Below, one piece after another: positions 36,674 through 45,726 of a stretch of DNA of 64,000 nucleotides (position 1 is its first letter; each line of letters starts with the position of its first letter). The position numbers and the translations under genes were made by a program. The stretch comes from Candidatus Zambryskibacteria bacterium RIFCSPHIGHO2_01_FULL_46_25 (GTDB lineage: Bacteria; Patescibacteriota; Minisyncoccia; Phycocordibacterales; Zambryskibacteraceae), in NCBI GenBank assembly GCA_001825155.1, contig MHVH01000005.1:168501-232500 (forward strand), written 5' to 3'. The notes under the pieces are model-generated. The model saw only the letters and a program-made list of their open reading frames with translations, made no database searches and was not told the origin of the DNA.

Positions 36674-37504
36674 ATGAACTGGAATGCTTTCGGGAACGCG
36701 CTCAGGAAGTCGGGCAAATTCGCTCTCAAGCTTGCGGGCATCGGATTGGGCATCTGGATCAGCCTCGTTCTGGCTGACATTCTCACCTTCTACTATGCCT
36801 ACGTGAGCAGCCACAGCGTGCTGTTGGATCGCGGGATGAGTGAGTATGGCTCGAAGATTGTCGCAATAGTATTCGCGGCAATCTTCATGCTCACGGTCCA
36901 TCGCTCCGTGTGGTACATGATTAAGAGAGACCACCAGCGCTGGGTTCTGCTGGTGACGGGCGGAATTCTTGCCTGGTTTGTGATCATGTACGTCGTCTCA
37001 TCGCCGTACTCGAATTCCTCCTTCAACCCGTTCTCTGGCGAACCCCAGGCGAAGTACTACCGCGACGGCGGAGGACAAATCGTCAAGATGCCTCTGGGTG
37101 CCAAGACAGGACCGGAAGGCCAACCACTTCAACTCATCGATCGCAAAACGGCAGAGGAATACAAGGCGCAAGCTGCACTTGTGACACCGGCGCAGAAATC
37201 CGAGACGGTAAAGTCTGTTCGATCCTCCAACCTTACTCTCCTTCGGACAATAGAAATCCTCGTAACAAACGAGTGGTCCGAGAGGGTTCCGATACCACCG
37301 GGTCAAAGGATGAGAACGGACAGACTCGACCCAAATGTTGCCTACGAGGGAAGAGGTCCAAACACTTCGATGCCTATCTCTGTTCCTGTCGGGCTCGAAG
37401 CCAGCGGCAAACGGATACAAATACCCGATGGTGATTGGATCCAGTACCGCGTTACTGACGAGGGTAAACAGGTTAAGCTTCGCATCAACTTCTTCCCCTA
37501 CTAA
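36674..37504 (+). CDS. hypothetical polytopic membrane protein (paralog of 35732-36541)
   Basis: TM-rich N-half; C-terminus ...NEWSERVPIP...VAYEGRG...YRVTDEGKQVKLRINFFPY. Confidence 0.45.
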   Translation: MNWNAFGNALRKSGKFALKLAGIGLGIWISLVLADILTFYYAYVSSHSVLLDRGMSEYGSKIVAIVFAAIFMLTVHRSVWYMIKRDHQRWVLLVTGGILAWFVIMYVVSSPYSNSSFNPFSGEPQAKYYRDGGGQIVKMPLGAKTGPEGQPLQLIDRKTAEEYKAQAALVTPAQKSETVKSVRSSNLTLLRTIEILVTNEWSERVPIPPGQRMRTDRLDPNVAYEGRGPNTSMPISVPVGLEASGKRIQIPDGDWIQYRVTDEGKQVKLRINFFPY

Positions 37505-37516
37505 CAACCAGCACAA

Positions 37517-37555
37517 AGGCGCCTCGCTTCCGCGAGGCGCCCTCTTCTTTTTCTT
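37517..37555. terminator. bidirectional hairpin terminator
   Basis: AGGCGCCTCGCttccGCGAGGCGCCCT followed by CTTCTTTTTCTT. Confidence 0.55.
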
Positions 37556-37567
37556 ATCGTTTCTTTC

Positions 37568-37840
37568 TTACAGAAGTCCCGGATAATTCGGCTTGTCGAT
37601 GCCGAACGTGCCTAAGATGAGATTGATGATGCCGTAGGCGGATATCATGATAAGCATACCCACTAGCCCCCACAAGATTTTTTTCTTGCCGTCTTCGCGC
37701 TTGGTATCGGTAGTTTCGGAATTGATGAACTGGACTATGCCCCAGAAGAAGTATAGTGTCGCCACGGCGAAAAGCAGTATGATAATCGGATTCAGGATGA
37801 ACTGATTGACCTTGTTGAGAAGCTCGATAATCATCGCCAC
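37568..37840 (-). CDS. small two-TM pilin-like protein (VirB2/TrbC-like, T4SS-pilin-type), array member 1
   Basis: 90 aa; two hydrophobic helices separated by a K/D/E loop; conserved LLFxxxxLYFFWGIVQFI ... ILWGLVGMLIMI. Confidence 0.45.
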   Translation of the reverse strand: MAMIIELLNKVNQFILNPIIILLFAVATLYFFWGIVQFINSETTDTKREDGKKKILWGLVGMLIMISAYGIINLILGTFGIDKPNYPGLL

Positions 37841-37846
37841 CCAATA

Positions 37847-38194
37847 CTAGAGACCGGGAACCGTCGGTACGGCTTGAGGAGTAGACTCCGGATTGACGCC
37901 GACGGCATTGCCGATGAAGCGGACAAGACCCCAGACAGCAACCATTACGAAGAGGGCTACAAGGCCCCAGATCATGAGACGCTGGCCTTCCTTATGAGCA
38001 TCTTCGCCAGAAGCGGAGAAGATGAATCGAACCAAGCCCCAGAAGAAGACGAGGAGTGCGACCGCCACCACGATAGGAAGGGCGATACCCACCAGTCTGC
38101 CGATGGAGCGCAGAAGCGTCTCGAGATTGCCGAGATTCTGAGCGAAAGCGACTGCCGGAAAAGTTGCTAAAGCGATTAATGCGAATTTTTTCAT
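37847..38194 (-). CDS. pilin-like two-TM protein with signal peptide, array member 2
   Basis: Signal peptide MKKFALIALATFPAVAFAQ; LLVFFWGLVRFI ... MIWGLVALFVMVAVWGLVRFI. Confidence 0.5.
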   Translation of the reverse strand: MKKFALIALATFPAVAFAQNLGNLETLLRSIGRLVGIALPIVVAVALLVFFWGLVRFIFSASGEDAHKEGQRLMIWGLVALFVMVAVWGLVRFIGNAVGVNPESTPQAVPTVPGL

Positions 38195-38304
38195 TTAATT
38201 AACTATTTACTATCTAATATCTACTAATAACTTACGTATTTAATGATACGTCAATAGCGGGAAATCGCAACCGATCAATCCCCACCCCATGGGGATTGAT
38301 CTCC

Positions 38305-38661
38305 CTAGGGTCTTGGGATTTGTGGCAAGTCCACGGTGTAGCCGGAGATATTCAATTCCTTCTGTATAAATCTCACAAGTCCCCAGACCGTTATCATCAC
38401 GAAAAGAGCCACAAGACCCCAGACCATAAGGCCCTTACTCTTCTTCACTTCCGCTTCATCCCCGGCCTTCGAAATAAACTTGACTAGGCCCCAGAAGAAA
38501 ACAAGCAAGGCGGCAGCTACAACGATAGGAATAATGTTTTGTATCAGGTCGCCTATGCGATCGATCCATCTACCTGTGGTCCCGAATGTCGTTTGCGCGC
38601 TCGCTATTGCCGGAAAAACCGACAAGGTAATCACCAATAATTTCATTAATTTATTTTTCAT
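38305..38661 (-). CDS. pilin-like two-TM protein with signal peptide, array member 3
   Basis: Signal peptide ...FPAIASAQ; LLVFFWGLVKFI ... MVWGLVALFVMITVWGLVRFI. Confidence 0.5.
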   Translation of the reverse strand: MKNKLMKLLVITLSVFPAIASAQTTFGTTGRWIDRIGDLIQNIIPIVVAAALLVFFWGLVKFISKAGDEAEVKKSKGLMVWGLVALFVMITVWGLVRFIQKELNISGYTVDLPQIPRP

Positions 38662-38684
38662 ACTTTAATTATAACTTGATTATT

Positions 38685-38957
38685 TTAACGCCTCAAGGGT
38701 ATTGAGGACCCCTGGCCTATGTTAAGTTCCTTGCCTATGAACTTCACAAGCCCCCAGACACTTATCATAACAAAGAGGCTTATGAGCCCCCAAACCATGA
38801 AATTTTTGCCTTCTTCCACAGCCTTCTCATCCCCGCCTACGCGGGCAATGAATTTTACCAAGCCCCAGAAGAAGACAAGCATGGCGGCAATAATCAGCAC
38901 TCCGACAATATCCGCCACCAGTCCGCCCGCCCCTTTAATTAAGACTTGCAAGTTCAT
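38685..38957 (-). CDS. pilin-like two-TM protein, array member 4
   Basis: MLVFFWGLVKFIARVGGDEKAVEEGKNFMVWGLISLFVMISVWGLVKFI. Confidence 0.5.
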   Translation of the reverse strand: MNLQVLIKGAGGLVADIVGVLIIAAMLVFFWGLVKFIARVGGDEKAVEEGKNFMVWGLISLFVMISVWGLVKFIGKELNIGQGSSIPLRR

Positions 38958-38960
38958 GGA

Positions 38961-39236
38961 TTATTTATTGGTAGGCAGAGTTGGCACGGCGAAATTTCTG
39001 AATCCAAGCTCGCCGAACGCAAACCGGAGAATACCGAAAATCGATACCATCACGAATATGCCTATGAGCCCCCATATCATGAGACTGCGCCCTTCGGCAT
39101 GAGTCTTGGCATCGCCCGACTTGGCTATGAAGCCGACCAAACCCTTGAAGAAGACGAGGAGTGCCAGCGCCACCATAATGGTAATAAGCGGATTGATGAG
39201 GTTTATGAATTTTCCCACTAGTTCTGTGAAATTCAT
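38961..39236 (-). CDS. pilin-like two-TM protein, array member 5
   Basis: LLVFFKGLVGFIAKSGDAKTHAEGRSLMIWGLIGIFVMVSIFGILRF. Confidence 0.5.
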   Translation of the reverse strand: MNFTELVGKFINLINPLITIMVALALLVFFKGLVGFIAKSGDAKTHAEGRSLMIWGLIGIFVMVSIFGILRFAFGELGFRNFAVPTLPTNK

Positions 39237-39237
39237 T

Positions 39238-39657
39238 TTAGATAGGACATGTGCCGCCTGTTACCTGGGCTATGGTCTTGCACACTACGGTAGCAAGCAT
39301 CCACGAACCCAGGAGCACGCCTGTGCCTACTGCTGTATATAGAAGCGCTTTGTGAGCTTTCTCAAGTTCTGCCGGCTTGCCCTGGGCCATGACATATTTG
39401 AAGCCGACGAAGATGAAGGCCATCACGGCGAGAACGGCTCCGATAGGCAGAAGAATGTCATTGATGATGGTCTTTAATAAAACAAAGAGGTTGTCTGTGC
39501 CACTCTTTAAAGGATTGGGGAGAGAAGTGCAGTTTGAATTTTGACCCTCTCCTTCGCACGTATTGTCACCTTCACCTTGAGCGTAAACAGTTGCTACCCC
39601 AAAAGATAGAATTATTAAGAATGAGAAAGCTGAAGCAAGAATTGTCTTTTTCATCAT
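39238..39657 (-). CDS. pilin-like secreted two-TM protein (Cys-rich N-region), array member 6
   Basis: Signal peptide then GEGDNTCEGEGQNSNC...; two C-terminal TM helices of the VirB2/TrbC-like type. Confidence 0.45.
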   Translation of the reverse strand: MMKKTILASAFSFLIILSFGVATVYAQGEGDNTCEGEGQNSNCTSLPNPLKSGTDNLFVLLKTIINDILLPIGAVLAVMAFIFVGFKYVMAQGKPAELEKAHKALLYTAVGTGVLLGSWMLATVVCKTIAQVTGGTCPI

Positions 39658-39980
39658 TTAAGAATTATGAAATTCGATTTAAGCAAAACCGTACTTATAG
39701 TATAGACCACAAGCCAGGCGGCCAGTATCCACACATAGCCCCACGCGACCTTGCTAAGCATGGTAACGGCATTCTTGTACTCCGTCTCGCTTCCTCGAGA
39801 CATGACCATCTTGAAGCCGGCGTAGGCGAAGGCCGCCACGGCGATAAGGGTGGAGAGTATAAACAGGTCGTTTATAAGCACTCTGGCCAGAGTTATTAAG
39901 CTTGCGTAACCGCATTCCGGAAGTTCGGTCGTCTTCACCCCATCGCAGACTATTAAACTTTGCCAGCCTGGCATAGCCAT
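39654..39980 (-). CDS. small two-TM membrane protein, array member 7
   Basis: 108 aa with two hydrophobic helices; overlaps the previous gene by 4 nt. Confidence 0.4.
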   Translation of the reverse strand: MAMPGWQSLIVCDGVKTTELPECGYASLITLARVLINDLFILSTLIAVAAFAYAGFKMVMSRGSETEYKNAVTMLSKVAWGYVWILAAWLVVYTISTVLLKSNFIILK

Positions 39981-39989
39981 ATTTGTAAA

Positions 39990-41273
39990 TTATTTTATTA
40001 AGTTATCCAAGCTTCTGCTCGCGGCGCCGAGAGCTTCCGAAGTTCTCGCCCGTCCACTCGTGACGGCATTTACCATCTCGCCGAAAATGTTTCCGGTGGA
40101 AACATTTTCGGGGTCAAGCCAGCCACGAGCCTGCAAGGCCGATTCGTAGAAGACCGAGAGCGCGGAATCGCTCTGCCGCCCCGAGAGAATATCGCGGCGG
40201 GCCGGCGGCAGGCCGAGACTCTTCGACAACGGCTCACTTATGTCCCTAGACACAAGTATAAGCGCTGCCCTGAGCGCGGCGGAAGCATTCCTCGTGCCGC
40301 GGGTAATAGAGACCGCGTAGAGTCGACCAAAGGTAAGTTTCTTGCCCGACACTCTCGACTGCGGCACTGGTGCGATGCCAAGATTCAAATTCGGGTTCTT
40401 GTTCCGGAGAGCGGAGAGCTCGCTCGCGAAACCCAGATAGTAGACCGCATCCCCGCTCGCGAAGTGTGTTTCTGCGGAAGGCAGAATCCTGTTCCAACTG
40501 TAATACGCTTTCGCCGGATTCGAGAATTGGGTGTAGAAATCGAGCGCCGATTCGCCGGGCGCGACCGGCAACCCGTAATTATTTGAGAGAGCGGAGCGCA
40601 GATTCGCGTTGATGGACTCCGTCACTGGCGTCCCGGCCTGGAGAAGAAGGAGGGAAAGAATTTCTTTGAAGTTCGGAATGTTTCTGGTCTCGCCGAGAGC
40701 TATAACCGACTGCGCCAGATTACCAGCCGGGTCTTTCTTCGTGAGTTTGAGAGCCATGGGATATACCTCATCCCAGTAAGCGATAGGTCTTGCCTCGCCC
40801 GCCGCCGAGAGCAAATCGCGGTTGTAATAGAGAACCAGCGGGTCTACCGCGAGCGGTAAGCCGTATACACCCTCTTTCGTCAGAAAAAGTTCTCCTTCTT
40901 CCACAAACGAGTTCCCGAAATCGCGCTCACCCACGCTGTCGTAAGGAATATAGATGAGCTTAGGTTTATTCTTGAGAAATCGCTCCTGGGTAACGACGAG
41001 AAGGTCGGGACCGGCGCCGGAGGCAAGCGCCTCGGTAAATTCCTGGTCGATAGAATCCGCGGACTTCTCCACGTAGCGAATAGTGAGCGACTTGTCGATA
41101 TTCGGGACGGCGGTGTCAATAATTTGCGAGATTGCTTCGGAAGGCAAGTCCCCCCAGACCGTAACCGTCGCTTCCTGGCTCGACGACCCTCCGCGATAGA
41201 GGGCAAAGACCATGACCGCCAATAGTATGAAGAGTCCGAAAACCGACAGGAGTATTATTTGAAACTTGGACAT
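39990..41273 (-). CDS. extracellular solute-binding protein (ABC-transporter SBP family 1-like), membrane-anchored
   Basis: N-terminal TM anchor then a periplasmic-binding-protein-like fold; start preferred at MSKFQ (ATG 41271-41273) over the track's 41321. Confidence 0.6.
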   Translation of the reverse strand: MSKFQIILLSVFGLFILLAVMVFALYRGGSSSQEATVTVWGDLPSEAISQIIDTAVPNIDKSLTIRYVEKSADSIDQEFTEALASGAGPDLLVVTQERFLKNKPKLIYIPYDSVGERDFGNSFVEEGELFLTKEGVYGLPLAVDPLVLYYNRDLLSAAGEARPIAYWDEVYPMALKLTKKDPAGNLAQSVIALGETRNIPNFKEILSLLLLQAGTPVTESINANLRSALSNNYGLPVAPGESALDFYTQFSNPAKAYYSWNRILPSAETHFASGDAVYYLGFASELSALRNKNPNLNLGIAPVPQSRVSGKKLTFGRLYAVSITRGTRNASAALRAALILVSRDISEPLSKSLGLPPARRDILSGRQSDSALSVFYESALQARGWLDPENVSTGNIFGEMVNAVTSGRARTSEALGAASRSLDNLIK

Positions 41274-41297
41274 AGACCTATTGTAGAACACAATAGG

Positions 41298-41332
41298 CAA
41301 TTTACAATTCACAATTTCCAATTTTCAATCAA
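41298..41332. repeat. AT-rich CAATTT-type tandem repeat block (family shared with 51195-51228)
   Basis: CAATTTACAATTCACAATTTCCAATTTTCAATCAA versus GAATTTTCAATTTTCAATTTGCAATTTTCAATCAA. Confidence 0.8.
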
Positions 41333-41606
41333 TAGCTGGTTGCGAAGATTTCAGCATTCTCAGCCAGTGCTTGGTCTCTTGTATCTCCTTCTTGCAGATG
41401 AATATCTTATTGATGAAATCTTTCCGTGAGCTTGCGCCGTTCGCTTCCATATAATTCGCACCCACGCTCGTCGCTGCCCGGACAAGCTGATTTACAATCG
41501 GAGAAATAATATTGTCCTGCCTTACCTTCCGGCATAAAACTATGACTGATTCACCAAATTTCGCCGTTCTTTCTTCCAAGTCGTACTTCTTTCCCGTTTG
41601 AGTCAT
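41325..41606 (-). CDS. four-helix-bundle protein (TIGR02436; 23S rRNA IVS-protein family)
   Basis: ...RAATSVGANYMEANGASSRKDFINKIFICKKEIQETKHWLRM matches the family consensus. Confidence 0.65.
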   Translation of the reverse strand: MTQTGKKYDLEERTAKFGESVIVLCRKVRQDNIISPIVNQLVRAATSVGANYMEANGASSRKDFINKIFICKKEIQETKHWLRMLKSSQPAID

Positions 41607-41658
41607 TTGAAAATTAGAAATTTATTGAAAATTCTAAATTAAAAATTGAAAATTTCAC
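41607..41658. repeat. GAAAATT-type tandem repeat block (reverse complement of the AATTTTC family) upstream of the four-helix-bundle gene
   Basis: TTGAAAATTAGAAATTTATTGAAAATTCTAAATTAAAAATTGAAAATTTCAC. Confidence 0.75.
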
Positions 41659-41666
41659 TAATTTGC

Positions 41667-44135
41667 TTACAGGCAAATTAGCGAAGCTATCGAGTCGCCT
41701 TCGCGGAGTTTCATGATGCGGACGCCTTGGGTTTGGCGGCCGAGGATGGGAACCTCTTTGAGGTCGACACGTACCACCTGGCTCTTCTTGGAGATAGCTA
41801 TAACCTCCTCTTCCGCGTCGGAGACAATCTGCGAGGTAATGACGGGACCTGTTTTCGGCGTGACTTTCGACGTGAGGATACCGGAGCCGCCTCTGCCTTG
41901 CGCCTTATACTCGGCGAGCTTTGTCCTCTTACCGTAGCCGTTGCCGGAGATGACCAGGAGATGTCCGGAAGCAGAATTCTTCGTTATCACGTGCGCTCCC
42001 ACAACCGCGTCATTCTTCTCGAGCTTGATGCCTCGCACTCCGCCAGCCGCGCGCCCCATCTCTCGGAGCGCCGAATCCTTGAAGCGGATGGACTGCCCTT
42101 TTCTCGTGACTATGGAAATATCGTCCCCGCTCTCCACAAGTTCCGCCGATACGAGCCTGTCTCCCGGTGCGAGACGGATGGCGATAATGCCGGATGAGCG
42201 GACATCGGTAAAAGATTTTGCCGAAACTTTCTTCACCGTGCCCATCTCGGTCACCATGAGAAGCGAGCCGGAACTTTTTGCATCCTTCGTACGCAAATCT
42301 TTCGGCATCGGCAGAATCGAAGTCACCTTCTCTTCGGCGGAAAGCGCAATGAAGTTCATTATTGACTTGCCGCGAGTGGCGCGCTTGCCTTCCGGCAGGT
42401 CATACATCTTAATCTGATAAGCCTTGCCCTTGTCGGTGAAGAAAAGAAGGTCGTCATGGGTTGATGCCGTGAGAAAATTGGTCACAAAATCCTCTTCCTT
42501 GGTATCCAGGTCAACGACGCCTATGCCTCCCCTCTTCTGCCTCTTGTATTCGTCCGGATTGGTGCGCTTGATATAGCCACCGGAAGTAAGAACCAGAGCA
42601 TTGTCTTCTTCCGCGACCAAGTCCTCGACGGAAAGGTTCTTTACCGCGCCCTTGACCACGCGGGTCCTGCGTTCGTCGCCAAACTTCTCTCGTACGGCGA
42701 TAAGTTCAGACTTGATCACTTTTAGGATTTTTGCTGGCGATGCCAGCAACTCCTTCATCTCCTGGATGAAAGCCTGCACCTCGGTGAGCTCGTCCTCAAT
42801 CTTCTTTCTCTCGAGACCGGCGAGCTTCTGCAAACGCATTTCGAGAATGGCGTTGGCCTGGATTTCCGAGAACTTAAAACGCTTGATGAGATTCTCCCGC
42901 GCATCATCTATGGTCTTCGAAGCGCGGATAATCTTTATCACCTCTTCTATATGGTCGAGCGCCTTGGATAGGCCGAGCAGAACGTGTTCACGCTCCTCCG
43001 CTTTGACAAGGTCGAAGAGTGCTCGACGCCTGACCACCATCTCTCTGTGCTTAAGGAACTCGACCAGCATGCTCTTGAGCGAGAGCGTTTGTGGCACGCC
43101 GTCCACAAGTGCCACGATGTTGAAGTGGAACGTATCCTCAAGTTGAGTGTGTTTGTAGAGAGCGTTTAAAACCTTCTGTGGCTGAGAACCGGCCTTCAAA
43201 TCGACGACAATGCGAATGTCCTTGGCGGACTCGTCGCGCATACCCTTAATACCCTCAATCTTCTTCTCTCGGTGCAGGTCGGCAATCTTCTCTATAAGAT
43301 CGGCCTTATTGACTCGATAAGGAATTTCGGTAATGACAATCTGATAATTCCCTGCCTTGTTCTCGGTAATGTCCGCAACACCTCGAGCAACCACGCCGCC
43401 GCGGCCGGTGGCGTACGCGTGGTGAATGTCTTTCTCATTGAAAATGATTCCCCCCGTCGGGAAATCCGGCCCCTTCACGAATTCCAAAAGGTCTTCCGTT
43501 GCCGCGTCCGGATTGTCGGCGAGATGCATGACGGCATCGACCACCTCAGTCAGATTGTGTGGTGGGATGTTCGTGGCCATGCCAACAGCGATGCCCAAGG
43601 TGCCGTTCAAAAGCAGGTTCGGCACGACAGTCGGCAGGACAACCGGCTCAGATTTTGTGCCGTCATAATTCGGCTTGAAGTCAACCGTCTCCTTCTCGAT
43701 ATCTCGAAGCATTTCTCCGGCGACACGACTCATCTTCGCCTCGGTATATCGATAAGCCGCCGCACTGTCACCATCGATACTGCCGAAATTTCCTTGACCT
43801 ATGACAAGCGGATAACGCATGGAGAAGTCCTGCGCCATCTTGACCATCGCTTCGTAGACAGATGAGTCACCGTGCGGGTGATACTTGCCGAGCACATCTC
43901 CAACGATAGTAGCGGACTTTCTGGTCTTTGCGGTGGCGGAGAGACCGATCTCATTCATGGCGTAGAGGATGCGGCGATGCACCGGCTTCAGCCCGTCACG
44001 TACGTCGGGCAGAGCGCGGTCGGTAATGACAGACATCGCGTAGTCGATGAAGCTCTCCTTCATCTCACTCGTAATGGCGCGGGAAACTATTCTGCTTGCC
44101 CCGAGCTCTGTCGAGGGGTCTTTTTTATTGTCCAT
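41667..44135 (-). CDS. gyrA: DNA gyrase subunit A
   Basis: [28 protein letters not shown] active-site Tyr region; C-terminal beta-pinwheel repeats; 822 aa. Confidence 0.9.
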   Translation of the reverse strand: MDNKKDPSTELGASRIVSRAITSEMKESFIDYAMSVITDRALPDVRDGLKPVHRRILYAMNEIGLSATAKTRKSATIVGDVLGKYHPHGDSSVYEAMVKMAQDFSMRYPLVIGQGNFGSIDGDSAAAYRYTEAKMSRVAGEMLRDIEKETVDFKPNYDGTKSEPVVLPTVVPNLLLNGTLGIAVGMATNIPPHNLTEVVDAVMHLADNPDAATEDLLEFVKGPDFPTGGIIFNEKDIHHAYATGRGGVVARGVADITENKAGNYQIVITEIPYRVNKADLIEKIADLHREKKIEGIKGMRDESAKDIRIVVDLKAGSQPQKVLNALYKHTQLEDTFHFNIVALVDGVPQTLSLKSMLVEFLKHREMVVRRRALFDLVKAEEREHVLLGLSKALDHIEEVIKIIRASKTIDDARENLIKRFKFSEIQANAILEMRLQKLAGLERKKIEDELTEVQAFIQEMKELLASPAKILKVIKSELIAVREKFGDERRTRVVKGAVKNLSVEDLVAEEDNALVLTSGGYIKRTNPDEYKRQKRGGIGVVDLDTKEEDFVTNFLTASTHDDLLFFTDKGKAYQIKMYDLPEGKRATRGKSIMNFIALSAEEKVTSILPMPKDLRTKDAKSSGSLLMVTEMGTVKKVSAKSFTDVRSSGIIAIRLAPGDRLVSAELVESGDDISIVTRKGQSIRFKDSALREMGRAAGGVRGIKLEKNDAVVGAHVITKNSASGHLLVISGNGYGKRTKLAEYKAQGRGGSGILTSKVTPKTGPVITSQIVSDAEEEVIAISKKSQVVRVDLKEVPILGRQTQGVRIMKLREGDSIASLICL

Positions 44136-44460
44136 AGGTATTTAAAGTATTGTCGCGCATTTCCTCGAAGCCCGATTCGAGCTCGATTGACTCGATGCCC
44201 TCCTTCAAGCCACCGAAGCTATCCTTCAAACCCTCGAAACTCGACTCAATGCCACGGAGAAAGGAGCCGAAGGGGTTGGCCGATTCAACGGATTTGTTGA
44301 CGCTCGCTGCTTGCCCTGAGCTTGTCGAAGGGTTACCACCAAAATTGACAGTAGCCCACACAGCGAAAATAAGAAGAGTGAATCCGCCCGAAGCAAGAAA
44401 GGCGAAACGCTTCTTGTGACTTGGAGACCTTTTATGCAGAGTTGAGAGATATGTTCTCAT
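44125..44460 (-). CDS. hypothetical small membrane protein (overlaps the gyrA start)
   Basis: 111-aa ORF with one TM helix; translationally coupled to gyrA. Confidence 0.35.
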   Translation of the reverse strand: MRTYLSTLHKRSPSHKKRFAFLASGGFTLLIFAVWATVNFGGNPSTSSGQAASVNKSVESANPFGSFLRGIESSFEGLKDSFGGLKEGIESIELESGFEEMRDNTLNTYGQ

Positions 44461-44550
44461 GTTGCGATACTAATCTACTAATTCATGCGAATTATACTAA
44501 TGGTATTCCTATTCGTTTCATTCGTATACATTCGCATATTGGTATCGCTG

Positions 44551-45102
44551 TCATTCTTCTTTAAGCACCACTATCTCCCCTTCTTTGCCTTCCAAGTCCT
44601 TCTTCTTCACTACGAATTTGTCGATGGGCACCGCTTTGGTCCCGCCTTCTTTCACAAACTGGTCGAGCTCCGCTTTATTGTAATGCATCGGGATGACAAC
44701 GGAAGGTTCGAGTGATACGGCAAGCTTATAGGCCTTCGCCGGGTCGAGCGTGCCGACAGGTATAAATAGGATATCAATATCTTCAAGCGCTTCAAGCGTC
44801 TCAGCCTTGAGCTCCGCATTGGCAAGCGCGCCAAGGAAACAGAGCTTCATGCCCTCGAACGTGATGAGATAAATAGTATTAATCCTATCTTTCGCCTCAG
44901 AGAGAAATCCTTTTATAAAAATATCTTTGATCTCGTACTCGCCCGGACCGTCGATGATAAAACCAGACTTCTCGGCGGTTTCGCTCCGTCCGGTGCTGAA
45001 AAGAGTGATATCCGCGCTCGTTTTCGCCTGCGGATTGAGAGCAATGGTCAGATTGCCTTGGGAAATCTTGAAACTATCCACCCCTTGGTAGCTGATAATC
45101 AT
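44551..45102 (-). CDS. MBL-fold metallo-hydrolase (Lactamase_B_3-like)
   Basis: 183 aa; ...LFIPVGTLD...VVIPMHY... resembles UlaG/YtnP-like beta-lactamase-fold proteins. Confidence 0.55.
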   Translation of the reverse strand: MIISYQGVDSFKISQGNLTIALNPQAKTSADITLFSTGRSETAEKSGFIIDGPGEYEIKDIFIKGFLSEAKDRINTIYLITFEGMKLCFLGALANAELKAETLEALEDIDILFIPVGTLDPAKAYKLAVSLEPSVVIPMHYNKAELDQFVKEGGTKAVPIDKFVVKKKDLEGKEGEIVVLKEE

Positions 45103-45251
45103 AGTGAATATTCTAGCACAAAAGAGCCTTTTCCGCCATAGTCTTAGCCCTTAAATTTCATCTCCAAAAACACTTGACAAAAAGACTGAAGTATGCTAAG
45201 CTTAATACAGATAGGCACACGACCGTGCTGAGTCGGTTCCAGGAGGAACAG

Positions 45252-45551
45252 ATGGAAAAACAGACGAAGAAGATGGCGGCGACACAGGTGGAGATCGATG
45301 CGAAGAAGGCCGAGCACGATGAGGTCCTTTTGTGCATCGACCAGGTCGCGAAATTCAAGCCGCAGAGCGCACCGTCCAAGCAGAAGCAGGACGAAATTCT
45401 CAGCCAGCTGCAGAACAAGTGCGGCACGATCGGCAAGAATTTCGACGAGCTTCGAACCCGCCTCGAGCTCGAAACGCTCGACATGCTCGCGGGCGCCGAC
45501 ACTGACTTCGTCGAGGAAACGCCGGCGGACGCCCTCCGCAACGCCAGCTAG
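45252..45551 (+). CDS. hypothetical protein in a locally GC-rich segment
   Basis: RBS AGGAGG 8 nt upstream of ATG 45252; followed by a clean terminator; overlapping ORFs on both strands look like GC-rich artefacts. Confidence 0.35.
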   Translation: MEKQTKKMAATQVEIDAKKAEHDEVLLCIDQVAKFKPQSAPSKQKQDEILSQLQNKCGTIGKNFDELRTRLELETLDMLAGADTDFVEETPADALRNAS

Positions 45552-45584
45552 GCACCGCACCCGGCGGCTCCGGGTAACGACTCA

Positions 45585-45614
45585 GGGCGGGCTCTCACGA
45601 GCCCGCCCTTTTAC
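45585..45614 (+). terminator. rho-independent terminator
   Basis: GGGCGGGCTCtcacGAGCCCGCCC followed by TTTTAC. Confidence 0.6.
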
Positions 45615-45726
45615 ATTCCTCCACTTTGTGTTATCTTAATACGGTTCTTTATTAGTCCCGTTTCTGTTATCCCTGCCCTTACGGCAATCACTCAACAGAG
45701 GGCAGGACCGGAGGCGGCATCATCTA

